A stretch of DNA of 64,000 nt. It comes from Gemmatimonadaceae bacterium. Lineage in GTDB: Bacteria; Gemmatimonadota; Gemmatimonadetes; Gemmatimonadales; Gemmatimonadaceae. Made by a program: the position numbers and the translations under genes. The stretch spans positions 96,001 through 160,000 of the forward strand of contig JBHYGA010000004.1 of assembly GCA_051859245.1 (NCBI GenBank), in the 5' to 3' direction. Below, one piece after another: positions 28,316 to 37,696 of this stretch. The number at the start of each line of letters is the position of its first letter. The stretch's first letter is position 1. A model generated the notes under the pieces. It saw only the letters and a list, made by a program, of their open reading frames with translations, was not told where the DNA came from and did no database searches.

Positions 28316-31060
28316 TTACGGAATCAGTCTCGCGACGTCCGCATCAGCGCGGATCGGGGAAAAGTCTCGTACCGTTTCGCTCGGAAACCATGGCCAGCGC
28401 GTGTACCCCTCGCGCTGCGCTTGCTCCAGCAGGGATGCGGCACGCGCCGATTCGCCGCGAACGGCCGCCATACGCGCGAGGAACGTGGTGTATTCTCCGC
28501 GCGCATATCTCGGCGGGGCCCCGAGCGCTCGCTGCGCTTCCGCGTGGCGATTCAGTCGCGTGAGCACAACGGCGTGCCAGCCACGGTAGCGCAAACGATC
28601 GGGAAAGAGCGTAACCAGCTCACGATAGATGCGCTCCGCTTCACGATCATTGCCCAGTTGGTACTCCGCGTTGCCAAGCCACGCCAGCACGCCACGGTCT
28701 TCCGGTTCGAGTGCCTGACGTTCACGCAGCCATCGCACCGCTTTGCTAAAGTATGCGTTAGCCCGCGCCGTATCCTGCTTCTCCAATCGCGCTTCTCCGG
28801 CCACCACGAGTGCCGCGCCGTACGACCAGTACACATCGGCTGGCAATCGGGAGAGTGAATCGAGCAGCAAATCGACCTGCGCAAGTTTTCCACCGGCAAC
28901 AAGGGCGCGTACGGCAAAGATTTCGGCCGCTCGGTTCTGCGGATAGCGTCGACGCATCTGCGTGGCGGCGACGAACTCGGCATCATGCTGGCCAAGCAGG
29001 TGATGCGCGTGCGCAATTTGCGTCCAGTACGACGACCAGCCGCGCATGAGTCCGCGATCCGGATCAACCCCTTCCAGGGCCGCGAGTGCTTCTTTCGGCC
29101 GATTCATGGCCAGTGCGTGATGCGCCACGCTGTATTCAGCGCGCAATCCGGGCGAAATCGAAGCCGCTGTTCGAATGGCCTGCAGCGCGCGCTCACCATC
29201 ACTCTGCAGCAGCGCACTGAGATGTGTGGTCATGGCGTCGGCGTACGGCGTGAGTCGTGTTCGCCGTGCTTGCAGCATACTCACGAGCGTATCCGTCCAT
29301 TCGAGTTCGCCGGTATTCCAATGTCCCATCGCGGCAAAAATGAGCGGCGCCAGAAACGTCGTGTCGCGTGCGTACGCTGCACGTAACTCGGTTGCGGCTG
29401 CGCTGTACTGCTGGCCAGTGTACAGCTCAAGGCCACGATCGAACGAGCGATACGCTTCGTACGTTGGTGGGACCTGCCCGATCGCTGATGGCGCAAGCAC
29501 ACGATCGTCGAGCTGCAAGGCCACAAAACCTTGCAATCGATCGCGCATCATTCGCATGAGCAACGAAAGCGAATCGCGATGTGCTTCGAGTGCGGGAAGC
29601 GCACCAAGGCTGCGGCGCTGTCGTGCGTCATTCACCGCCAGCTGCACACGAATTGAGTCGCCCACCAGATAGTAACTGCCACTCACGACCGTTGCAGCCG
29701 CTGCTTCACGCGCCAGCGCGGTGACGACATCAAATGATACGGCGTCATCAGATTGCTCGGCGGCTGAACGCACGCTCGCCCACGGTACCACGGTCACCGC
29801 ACCGGTCTCTTCCAGCCCTTGCGTGAGCCAATCGCTGGCCAATCGCCCCCACACGGTGAGTGTGGAGTCGCCCGTTTCATTCTGCAGTGGCGCGACAGCC
29901 ACCGGCATGGGCAATCGCTCATTGCTCACTACAGGCACATCGCGCGATTGCCACCACGCCGACGCGCCCGCACCGATCAGCGCCAATGTACCAACCGCAA
30001 ACAGCACGCGCGAGCGTGAACGCGGCGGCACCTGCACCTGCGTGACCGCGTGCGATGCGCCACTCATCGCGTCGAGTGCGGATACAATCTCCCGCGCCGA
30101 TGACGGTCGATCCGCCGCGTCAATCGACAGACATCGGTTGATCAGATCTGCCAGCGTGACCGGAACCGTGCGTTCATCGAGTGCACCGCGCTCCGCGATG
30201 CCCGCGAGTGTTTCTGTCGCGACGAGTCCCCACGCATACACATCGGAGCGTTCGTCAACGCGTTGACCCGACGCCTGCTCCGGCGACATATACCCGGGCG
30301 TGCCAATCGCGTGACCCGCGTCTGTTTCGTGACGAAGGCGCGCACCACCCTGAGATGCCGCGCGCTTGGCCACACCAAAGTCGAGCAGATACGCATGCCC
30401 GCCCGCACAAAGAATATTGTCGGGCTTGAGATCGCGATGAATCACGCCGCGGCTGTGCGAGTGCGCGAGCGCATCCGCTACATCGCGCAACAGTGGAATC
30501 CCCTCACTCATCGGCAATGCGCCGCGCGCGTGCAACCGCTCGCGCAGCGTCTCGCCGTCGATGTGTGGCATCACGTAGTACAGCAGTCCGTCCGCATCGC
30601 CGGAATCAATCAGCGCGAGAATATGCGGATGTGACAGTCGCGCCGCGATGCGCACTTCCTCGTGGAAGCGACGCGCGCCAAACGCACGTGCAACCACCGG
30701 GTCGAGCACCTTGATCACAACGTTGCGATCGTGCTTGAGTTCACGCGCCAGAAACACCGTCGCCATGCCGCCGCGACCGAGTGTTCGTGAGATCACGTAG
30801 CGGTCATGCAGCGCCGGCCGCAGACGCTCAAGCAATGTGTCGCCCTGCGGCACGGGTTGTGCCACCTGTTTGTCCAGCACACCGAAGGGTTCATCGTGCG
30901 CCGCGAGCATGCGCAGCAAATCATCACGCAACGATTGATCATGCGACGTACGTTCGGTCACCCACGCGGACCGCTCGACCGGATCGAGATCAATCGCGTG
31001 ATCAAACAGGTCAGCGAGCTGGCGCCAACGATTCGGCGCGTCGCCGTCTTGCGCAGCCAC
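28316..31060 (-). CDS. Hanks-type Ser/Thr kinase with TM segment, TolB-N-like and TPR regions
   Basis: LGRGGMATVF, VVIKVL, HRDLKPDN, DFG, GTPGYMSPEQ, SDVYAWG; TM VLFAVGTLALIGAGASAWW; helical repeats after it. Start GTG 31060 just downstream of the sigma stop. Confidence 0.92.
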   Translation of the reverse strand: MAAQDGDAPNRWRQLADLFDHAIDLDPVERSAWVTERTSHDQSLRDDLLRMLAAHDEPFGVLDKQVAQPVPQGDTLLERLRPALHDRYVISRTLGRGGMATVFLARELKHDRNVVIKVLDPVVARAFGARRFHEEVRIAARLSHPHILALIDSGDADGLLYYVMPHIDGETLRERLHARGALPMSEGIPLLRDVADALAHSHSRGVIHRDLKPDNILCAGGHAYLLDFGVAKRAASQGGARLRHETDAGHAIGTPGYMSPEQASGQRVDERSDVYAWGLVATETLAGIAERGALDERTVPVTLADLINRCLSIDAADRPSSAREIVSALDAMSGASHAVTQVQVPPRSRSRVLFAVGTLALIGAGASAWWQSRDVPVVSNERLPMPVAVAPLQNETGDSTLTVWGRLASDWLTQGLEETGAVTVVPWASVRSAAEQSDDAVSFDVVTALAREAAAATVVSGSYYLVGDSIRVQLAVNDARQRRSLGALPALEAHRDSLSLLMRMMRDRLQGFVALQLDDRVLAPSAIGQVPPTYEAYRSFDRGLELYTGQQYSAAATELRAAYARDTTFLAPLIFAAMGHWNTGELEWTDTLVSMLQARRTRLTPYADAMTTHLSALLQSDGERALQAIRTAASISPGLRAEYSVAHHALAMNRPKEALAALEGVDPDRGLMRGWSSYWTQIAHAHHLLGQHDAEFVAATQMRRRYPQNRAAEIFAVRALVAGGKLAQVDLLLDSLSRLPADVYWSYGAALVVAGEARLEKQDTARANAYFSKAVRWLRERQALEPEDRGVLAWLGNAEYQLGNDREAERIYRELVTLFPDRLRYRGWHAVVLTRLNRHAEAQRALGAPPRYARGEYTTFLARMAAVRGESARAASLLEQAQREGYTRWPWFPSETVRDFSPIRADADVARLIP

Positions 31061-31062
31061 GG

Positions 31063-31665
31063 TCAGCCGCCTTCGCGCCCGTGTTCGGTCGCGTTTCCTG
31101 CCGTGAGCGAGGCGTGCAACCACGCACGCGCTTTCGCCCAGTCGCGCTGCACTGTACGCGTTGTCACGTTGAGCGCCTGCGCGATCTCTTCTTCCGTGCA
31201 GCCGGCAAAGAATCGCAGCTCCACCACCTGACGCAGACGCTCATCCTGCGCACCGAGGAGCGTGAGTGCGTCATCAAGCGCAATCAGTTCATCCGGCGAC
31301 ACTGCAGGCTCTCCATCGGGAACAGTCAGGAACGGTTCAGCCTTGTGCGCCGTGCGTCGACGTCGAGCATTGTCAACGAGGACCTGTCGCATGGCACGGG
31401 CCGCGATCGCCAGAAAGTGCGCGCGGTTGGCGCTCTCGGGCGCTGATCGTGCAAACAGCTTGAGGTACGCTTCATGCACGAGCGCGGTTGGCTGCAACGT
31501 GTGACCAGGCGCTTCGCGACCGAGCAAACGATTGGCAATCTGTCGCAGCTCGTCGTACACGAGCGGGTACAGTTCTTCGCGCGCGTGATGATCTCCCTGC
31601 CGTACTCGGTCAAGGAGAAGCGTGACGTGACCGCTGGCCGCAGATTCGTCGGGGAGTGACGGCAT
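31063..31665 (-). CDS. ECF43-type (kinase-associated) sigma factor
   Basis: VYDELRQIA, HTLQPTALVHEAYLKL, NRAHFLAIAARAMRQVLVD, VVELRFFAG, RTVQRDWAKARAWL. Confidence 0.92.
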   Translation of the reverse strand: MPSLPDESAASGHVTLLLDRVRQGDHHAREELYPLVYDELRQIANRLLGREAPGHTLQPTALVHEAYLKLFARSAPESANRAHFLAIAARAMRQVLVDNARRRRTAHKAEPFLTVPDGEPAVSPDELIALDDALTLLGAQDERLRQVVELRFFAGCTEEEIAQALNVTTRTVQRDWAKARAWLHASLTAGNATEHGREGG

Positions 31666-31769
31666 GGCATCGGGGGCGACGTGTCTGAACCGTTCAGTCG
31701 GGGCGACATGTCGGGATTTCCGGACACGAACCGCAATATATGTAGTTCACCCGAGCCCACACCACCTCC

Positions 31770-33506
31770 ATGTTCACCAGCATCTGCCGTCCTGATCAAT
31801 CCAGCCGACTGGTACGATATATGCTGTGTAGCGTGGTGGCGATCGCGCCGGGTTCCGTGTCCGACGTCATGCCACTGTATCGTGATCTTGGCGATCATCG
31901 GTACGTCATCACCACGGCGAATCCACTGGCGCAGCGCTATTTCGATCAGGGCATGCGACTCGCCTGGGCGCTCGAGCGCGTGGAGGCGCGGCGCTCCTTC
32001 GCGACGGCCGAACAGCTGGATCCGTCCTGCGCCATGTGCGCGTGGGGCGTCGCGTGGATGCTGCGCACCGAAGCCATGGCGCGGCAGCTGGACCATGAAA
32101 GCGCGCTCGTTCGCACCGGCCTCCCGGCACCACCATCCGATTGGGCAGACACGATCGCCGGGAGCGAAGAACGCGCGGGTGATGTTCGCGAAGCGCTCGC
32201 GCACGACGCGTTGCTTCGCGCGCAGCGTCGAATGCGTCGTCTCGCACCGCGCGAAGCCGCGCTCATTCGTGTCACCGCTGAATCGTTCGCACCCGGCGTA
32301 CGTCGTGCCGAAGCATGGCACGGTTATGCCACCGCATTGGCGCAACTCGCCGAAACGTTTCCCGACGATGACGAGCTGCGCGTACTCCACGCGGAGGCGC
32401 GGCTGCTGGCGCGCGGCAGTGCGTTGTGGCCACTGTCATCACGAGCAAACGTACGGATGTCCAGCAGCCTCGGATCCGACCTGCGAATAGTGCAGCAGGA
32501 TCTGGAACGCGTACTGGCACGCTCGCCGTCCCACCCTGGCGCATGCTTGCTCACGGTGCACCTGCACTACTGGCTGTCTCCCGAACGCGCAGTCGACTGC
32601 TCAGAACGACTGGTTGAACACACGCCCCGACTCGCGCGCGCCACGCTGTTGCAGAACAACCTGTACATCCGCACGGGACGGTATCGCGAAGCAGTACGCG
32701 CGGGGGAACGTGCGCTCCAGGCCGTCGCCGGAAGCTGGGGTGATGCCGCCTCGTTTGCGCTGCTGCGCGAAGACGCGCAGACACGGGCCGCGATGCTGCA
32801 CACGCACGCGTACGCGGCCATGATGAGTGGCCAGAAGCGCGTGGCCGTGGCGTCTGCGCGCGACGCAGCGCGCATTGCGGCAAGTCTGTCGCGTGAAGAA
32901 CAGTGGTGCGAATCGTCGTTGGTGCTCACCACCACAACGTTGGCTGCCTTCGGTGATTGGAACGCGGTGCTCGCTGAACCGATTCCGGCATCGTCAACAC
33001 CCTTTGCACGCGCGTTGGCGATGTATGCACGTGGCGTGGCCTTTGCCGCGAGACGCCGCACCTACGACGCCGAACTTTCATTGGGCGCACTACGCGATCT
33101 CGCACGCAGAGTGCCCACCACGCTGCAACGCGACATTATTCGCCTCGCCGATCACGCGCTCCAGGGCGAAATCGCACTTCGCCTCGCACGTCCAAGCCTG
33201 GCCGTCACCTACTTTGAGCGCGCCGCTGTGATGCAGGATCAGTTGGCCCCACATGCAGCCCTCGTGTGGCCATACCCTGTTCGCCAGGCACTCGGCATGG
33301 CACTGCTTGCCGCCGGTCGTGCCGCCGACGCTGAACGTACGTACCTGGATGATCTCTCGCAGCATCCGGACAACGGATGGTCGTTGCTTGGCCTTTCTTT
33401 CTCACTGCACGCGCAACGTCGCACCGATGAAGCACGACGGGTGCACGAGCGTTTCGCCACAGCGTTCGCCGATACCGACGTTACGATTCCCGGTTCGCGC
33501 TACTAG
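31770..33506 (+). CDS. Exported TPR-repeat protein
   Basis: AQRYFDQGMRLAW, LDPSCAMCAWGVA, PYPVRQALG, HPDNGWSLLGL; start could be 31821. Confidence 0.8.
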   Translation: MFTSICRPDQSSRLVRYMLCSVVAIAPGSVSDVMPLYRDLGDHRYVITTANPLAQRYFDQGMRLAWALERVEARRSFATAEQLDPSCAMCAWGVAWMLRTEAMARQLDHESALVRTGLPAPPSDWADTIAGSEERAGDVREALAHDALLRAQRRMRRLAPREAALIRVTAESFAPGVRRAEAWHGYATALAQLAETFPDDDELRVLHAEARLLARGSALWPLSSRANVRMSSSLGSDLRIVQQDLERVLARSPSHPGACLLTVHLHYWLSPERAVDCSERLVEHTPRLARATLLQNNLYIRTGRYREAVRAGERALQAVAGSWGDAASFALLREDAQTRAAMLHTHAYAAMMSGQKRVAVASARDAARIAASLSREEQWCESSLVLTTTTLAAFGDWNAVLAEPIPASSTPFARALAMYARGVAFAARRRTYDAELSLGALRDLARRVPTTLQRDIIRLADHALQGEIALRLARPSLAVTYFERAAVMQDQLAPHAALVWPYPVRQALGMALLAAGRAADAERTYLDDLSQHPDNGWSLLGLSFSLHAQRRTDEARRVHERFATAFADTDVTIPGSRY

Positions 33507-35398
33507 CCCTGCGCGGCACGCTGCGCCGCCTCGGAACGCAGTGTCGCATCATCCCATGCCTCGTCGCGCAATGGTTCGGCATTCGGACCGAACTCACGCT
33601 GCAGGTCGTCTTCGAGAGCGCGAATATCGCCGCGAAGCCGATCCACATACGTGGACATTTCAAGTCGCGTGGCCGCAAGGTTGCGCACAATCAGTTCGTC
33701 CTGACGGCGAAACGACTGCGCCAGCCGATGCGCGTGATGACGCGGTGTTCCGAGCACCGCTAGCGCATCCCGCCCCAGACGAAGCGCGGTGTCCGTCGTA
33801 TCACGATAGACATCATCGATACCGGCCTGCAACAGCTCAAAGGTCCCGGAGCGACTCACCGCGCGAGCAAGCACTCGAACCCTTGGATATCGCTCACGCA
33901 CCACTTTCGCGAGCGTGAGTGTTTTTTCATCGTCACCAAGCGCAATGATCAGCAGGCGCGCGCGTTCTATGCCGGCCGAGTGCAACAGCTCGAGACGCGA
34001 GGCATCGCCGTAGTACACATCCAGACCAAGTCGCCGTAACAACTCCACGCGATCGGAGTCACTTTCGAGCACGACTGGGCGAATTCCCTGTGAGCGAAGC
34101 AACCGGCCGATGGTGCTACCGAACTGTCCGAAACCGGCGATGATCACGGCGGACTCATCGTGAATCTCGTCGGCGGCACGCGACACAGCACGCGGTGTGC
34201 CAATGCGTGGGACAATCAGACGCTCGTACGCCAACAACATGATCGGCGTGGTCGCCATCGACAGTGCAATCGCAGCAACGAGTACGCTTGCCACGGGCGC
34301 CGGCAGCACCGCGTTCTGACTGGCGTACGAGAGCAGCACAAAGCCAAACTCGCCGCCCTGCGCCAACGCTACCGTAAACAACAGATTCTGGTCGAGTCCC
34401 ATACGGAACACCCGACCAAGCACAAACAACACCAGCGCCTTGCAGAGCACGAGCGCCGCCACCAGGGCACCAACCGTCATGGCCTGTTCGCGAACGAGCG
34501 CAAAATCAATACTTGCACCAACCGCCAGAAAAAACAGACCGAGCAGCAAACCCTTGAAGGGCTCGATATCGCTCTCGAGCTCATGGCGGAACTCACTCGT
34601 GGCCAGCACCACGCCGGCCAGAAACGTGCCGAGCGCCGGACTCAAGCCTACGAGCTGCATCAGAAGCGCAATGCCGATCACAAGCAGCAAAGCGGCCGCC
34701 GTAAATACCTCACGCAACCGTGTGCGAGCGAGGAAGCGGAACATTGGCTGCACAACCAGCCGTCCGCCCAGCACCACACCGGCAACCGCTCCCAGCACCG
34801 CGATCGCGCGTAACCATGCGGGCGCGGAATCAATCCATCCAGCGTGCGCGCCATCCACCGTGGGGGGCACCACACCCGGTGCGGCGAGCAGCGGCAAGAG
34901 CGCAAGCATGGGAATCACGGCCAGATCCTGGAACAGCAGTACCGCAAACGCCCGCTGACCAGCGTCACTTTTCATATGTCCGCGTTCAGTCAACGACTGC
35001 AACACAATCGCCGTGGAGGACAGTGACAGGATCAGTCCGATTGCCACCGCACTTTGCCATGACTGTTCAATGCTGAGCGCAATGCCAACGGCCACCGCGG
35101 TGGTACCAACCACTTGCAGCCCGCCCATACCGAGCAGCGTACCACGCAATCGCCACAACAGCGAGGGCTGCAGCTCAAGACCAATCACAAACAGCATCAT
35201 CACCACGCCAAACTCGGCGAAGTGCAATAGATCCTGGGTGTCGTTGCCAATCAGCGCCAGTCCGAACGGACCAATGGCAACACCAGCCAGCAGATATCCC
35301 AACACGCTGCCAAGCCCGAGCCGAGAGGCAATAGGCACGACCACGACGGCTGCGGCCAGAAACACGAACGCCTGAAAGAGCAATCCGCCGTCGCTCAT
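33503..35398 (-). CDS. kefC: KefB/KefC-type K+ efflux antiporter (CPA2 + KTN domain)
   Basis: GLGSVLGYLLAG, LSSTAIVLQ, FQDLAVIP, RHELESDIEPFKGLLLGLFF, IIAGFGQFG, YYGDASRLELL. kefB versus kefC cannot be resolved by eye. Confidence 0.9.
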   Translation of the reverse strand: MSDGGLLFQAFVFLAAAVVVVPIASRLGLGSVLGYLLAGVAIGPFGLALIGNDTQDLLHFAEFGVVMMLFVIGLELQPSLLWRLRGTLLGMGGLQVVGTTAVAVGIALSIEQSWQSAVAIGLILSLSSTAIVLQSLTERGHMKSDAGQRAFAVLLFQDLAVIPMLALLPLLAAPGVVPPTVDGAHAGWIDSAPAWLRAIAVLGAVAGVVLGGRLVVQPMFRFLARTRLREVFTAAALLLVIGIALLMQLVGLSPALGTFLAGVVLATSEFRHELESDIEPFKGLLLGLFFLAVGASIDFALVREQAMTVGALVAALVLCKALVLFVLGRVFRMGLDQNLLFTVALAQGGEFGFVLLSYASQNAVLPAPVASVLVAAIALSMATTPIMLLAYERLIVPRIGTPRAVSRAADEIHDESAVIIAGFGQFGSTIGRLLRSQGIRPVVLESDSDRVELLRRLGLDVYYGDASRLELLHSAGIERARLLIIALGDDEKTLTLAKVVRERYPRVRVLARAVSRSGTFELLQAGIDDVYRDTTDTALRLGRDALAVLGTPRHHAHRLAQSFRRQDELIVRNLAATRLEMSTYVDRLRGDIRALEDDLQREFGPNAEPLRDEAWDDATLRSEAAQRAAQG

Positions 35399-36039
35399 GG
35401 TGAGTCTCCGAGTGCGACGCTGAAATCCGCGTTGATGCGCGTCAATGTCTCGGCCGCGTCAAAGCGTACGTGTCCGTCGCGCAACGCACGCAACAGGCGT
35501 CCATAGTCTGCTGCGGCATGTGCCAGATCCACATCGGATAACACGTGCGTTCCGTGCACAACAAATGGCGGCAGCCAGCGCATGCCGCACAGTTGCGCGG
35601 TTTGCTGCAGCGGCGCGAGCAACTGCTGCACCGTATGTCGGTTGCGCCCACTTTCCTGATAGGCCTGCTCACCACCGCCAGCGCTGACGGCATGACACCA
35701 TACCTTGCCCTGCAACGCGTGGCCCGTGCGCCCGTAGGCCCAGCCGTGCTCGAGCACCAGATCCTGCCATTGTTTCACGAGTGGTGGCGTGCTGTACCAA
35801 TAGAACGGGTGCTGCCACACGACCACATCATGCGCGAGCAGCAGCTCCTGCTCCCGCTTGATGTTGACATCAAAATCCGGGTACGCGTCGTACAGATCAT
35901 GCACCGTGATGTGGTCAACCGCATGCGCAGCGGCAAGCAGCGCGTGGTGCACGCGCGAATGGTGCGCCGCTGGATGCGCGAACAGCACCAGCACACGCTG
36001 CGTTGCATCAGGTGAACGCTTGCGCGCGACGTCGTTCAC
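35395..36039 (-). CDS. kefF: KefF/KefG-type flavodoxin-like NAD(P)H oxidoreductase
   Basis: VLFAHP, DLYDAYPDF, EQELLLAHD, HPFYWYSTP, VLEHGWAYG; stop overlaps the kefC ATG. Confidence 0.88.
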   Translation of the reverse strand: MNDVARKRSPDATQRVLVLFAHPAAHHSRVHHALLAAAHAVDHITVHDLYDAYPDFDVNIKREQELLLAHDVVVWQHPFYWYSTPPLVKQWQDLVLEHGWAYGRTGHALQGKVWCHAVSAGGGEQAYQESGRNRHTVQQLLAPLQQTAQLCGMRWLPPFVVHGTHVLSDVDLAHAAADYGRLLRALRDGHVRFDAAETLTRINADFSVALGDSP

Positions 36040-36041
36040 AA

Positions 36042-36890
36042 TCAGGCACCCAGTTTGGCAGCACAACGCCGACAATAGAGGGCGTCGGCGCGGTGCCCTT
36101 CGGCGCCGCAGTCGGGACACGCGGTATTCGTCACAGGCTCACGCGCGGTACGGGTGAGCTCCGATGTCACGATGCCGGTTGGCACTGCAATCACGCCGTA
36201 TCCCAGCAGCATCACGAGCACCGCGAGAAAGCGACCAAGCGGCGTAATCGGCGCCACATCACCGTAGCCCACCGTCGTCAGCGTCACAACCGCCCAGTAC
36301 ACCGAGGTTGGGATATCAGTGAATCCACTCGCCGGACCTTCTACGAGATGCATGAGTGCGCCAACAATCACCACGACCGTACTGACCGTGAATAAGAAAA
36401 TGGTGATCTTGCGACGACTCGCAATCATGGCTTGCCACAGCTCTGACGATTCCGCGAGATACGCTGACAGCTTCAGAATGCGAAACACACGCAACATGCG
36501 GAGAATCCGCACCACCGCGAGCCCCTGCGCACCTGGAACAATCAGGCTCAGGTAGGTGGGCAGAATGGCGAGCAGATCCACCATGCCGTAGAAGCTGCGC
36601 ACGTAACGCCACGGCTTCCGCACGGCGAACAATCGCAACACGAACTCGCACGTAAACAGCAGCGTGAACGCCCACTCCAGCAGGTAGAACGTGCGGAAGT
36701 GTTCAGCCTGCACCGCTTGTACGCTTTCAATGAGTAAAACGGCGACGCTGGCCAGAATACTCACGAGCAGCACGAGATCGAACGTGCGGCCAGCGCTCGT
36801 GTCCGCTTCGAAAATGATGTCGTGCAGGCGCCGTCGCCACGGCGCAATCGGGTATTGCGGGTCCTGATCGTGCGGCAAGTGCTCCGTCAT
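36042..36890 (-). CDS. Voltage-gated-type potassium channel (ion transporter)
   Basis: S4-like RILRMLRVFRILK; selectivity filter TLTTVGYGD; C-terminal CxxC...CxxC. Confidence 0.93.
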   Translation of the reverse strand: MTEHLPHDQDPQYPIAPWRRRLHDIIFEADTSAGRTFDLVLLVSILASVAVLLIESVQAVQAEHFRTFYLLEWAFTLLFTCEFVLRLFAVRKPWRYVRSFYGMVDLLAILPTYLSLIVPGAQGLAVVRILRMLRVFRILKLSAYLAESSELWQAMIASRRKITIFLFTVSTVVVIVGALMHLVEGPASGFTDIPTSVYWAVVTLTTVGYGDVAPITPLGRFLAVLVMLLGYGVIAVPTGIVTSELTRTAREPVTNTACPDCGAEGHRADALYCRRCAAKLGA

Positions 36891-36912
36891 CGCGTGCAAT
36901 ACCCCAGGCGAT

Positions 36913-37419
36913 CTAGGTGAACAGTGGCGCTACAGCAACGGCATCGATGGAGCGAGCATCGCCCGTTACCACTCGCCGATGTGTATCCAACTGTCCGAGA
37001 TGGTAACCGAGATGCACGGCGAGGTGCAGCAAGAAAATCCGCGTGTCTGGATGTCGCCCGCCGAGCGCAACGGGAAATGGAGCATCAAGCTGAGCCGGTT
37101 CGCAGGTCGCGAACGCTTGCTGAACTTCCGCGATCGTCGCATCAACGAGAGCGCGCAACTCCTCGCGGGGAACGTCGCGACGAGAGAACTCGACATCACG
37201 CTCACGTATGTACCCGCTGTGCCCCAGCGCGGCGCCAATAAACCCTCGCAAATTGCCGGCCAGATGCAGCACCAGCGTACCACCGCAGTTGCTCATGCCC
37301 GGTACCGTGCGCCACGGCCCTTCGTCATCGTTGTACGCGTCGATTTCCCGCCCAACGGCCTGCAAGTCGCGCACAAAGATGCGGACGAGATCATCGAGTA
37401 GCGCGCGTGACGCATCCAT
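36913..37419 (-). CDS. DinB-like / DUF1572 protein
   Basis: SNCGGTLVLHLAGNL, RERDVEF, HLAVHLGYHLGQ. Confidence 0.85.
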   Translation of the reverse strand: MDASRALLDDLVRIFVRDLQAVGREIDAYNDDEGPWRTVPGMSNCGGTLVLHLAGNLRGFIGAALGHSGYIRERDVEFSRRDVPREELRALVDATIAEVQQAFATCEPAQLDAPFPVALGGRHPDTRIFLLHLAVHLGYHLGQLDTHRRVVTGDARSIDAVAVAPLFT

Positions 37420-37421
37420 GT

Positions 37422-37622
37422 TCAGCTCGTTCGCGGCGGATACATCGCCTCATCGAGCGGCGCCGCTTCGTCAACCAGCATGATCGGAATCCCGTCGTGC
37501 ACCGAATACACGAGCTTCGATTCGCGGCACACCAGCACTTCCGGCGGGCCAGGGTAGTACTCAAGCGGCGCCTTGCTTTTCGGGCAAACCAGCAGCGCCA
37601 ATAAATCCGGGGACAGCGTCAC
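37422..37622 (-). CDS. Trm112 family (YcaR-like) protein
   Basis: GGAG SD, GTG start; LLALLVCPKSKAPL...LVYSVHDGIPIMLVDEA. Confidence 0.9.
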   Translation of the reverse strand: MTLSPDLLALLVCPKSKAPLEYYPGPPEVLVCRESKLVYSVHDGIPIMLVDEAAPLDEAMYPPRTS

Positions 37623-37696
37623 AGTGTTCTCCAGGAGACAGTCAAACAACCTGACGCAATCTGATGGCAGGCACCGCTCAGCCGCCACCTCACGCC

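Noticed and set aside
31326..32390. 354-aa minus-strand ORF
   Set aside because: Overlaps both the ECF43 sigma and the TPR gene; no recognisable motifs.
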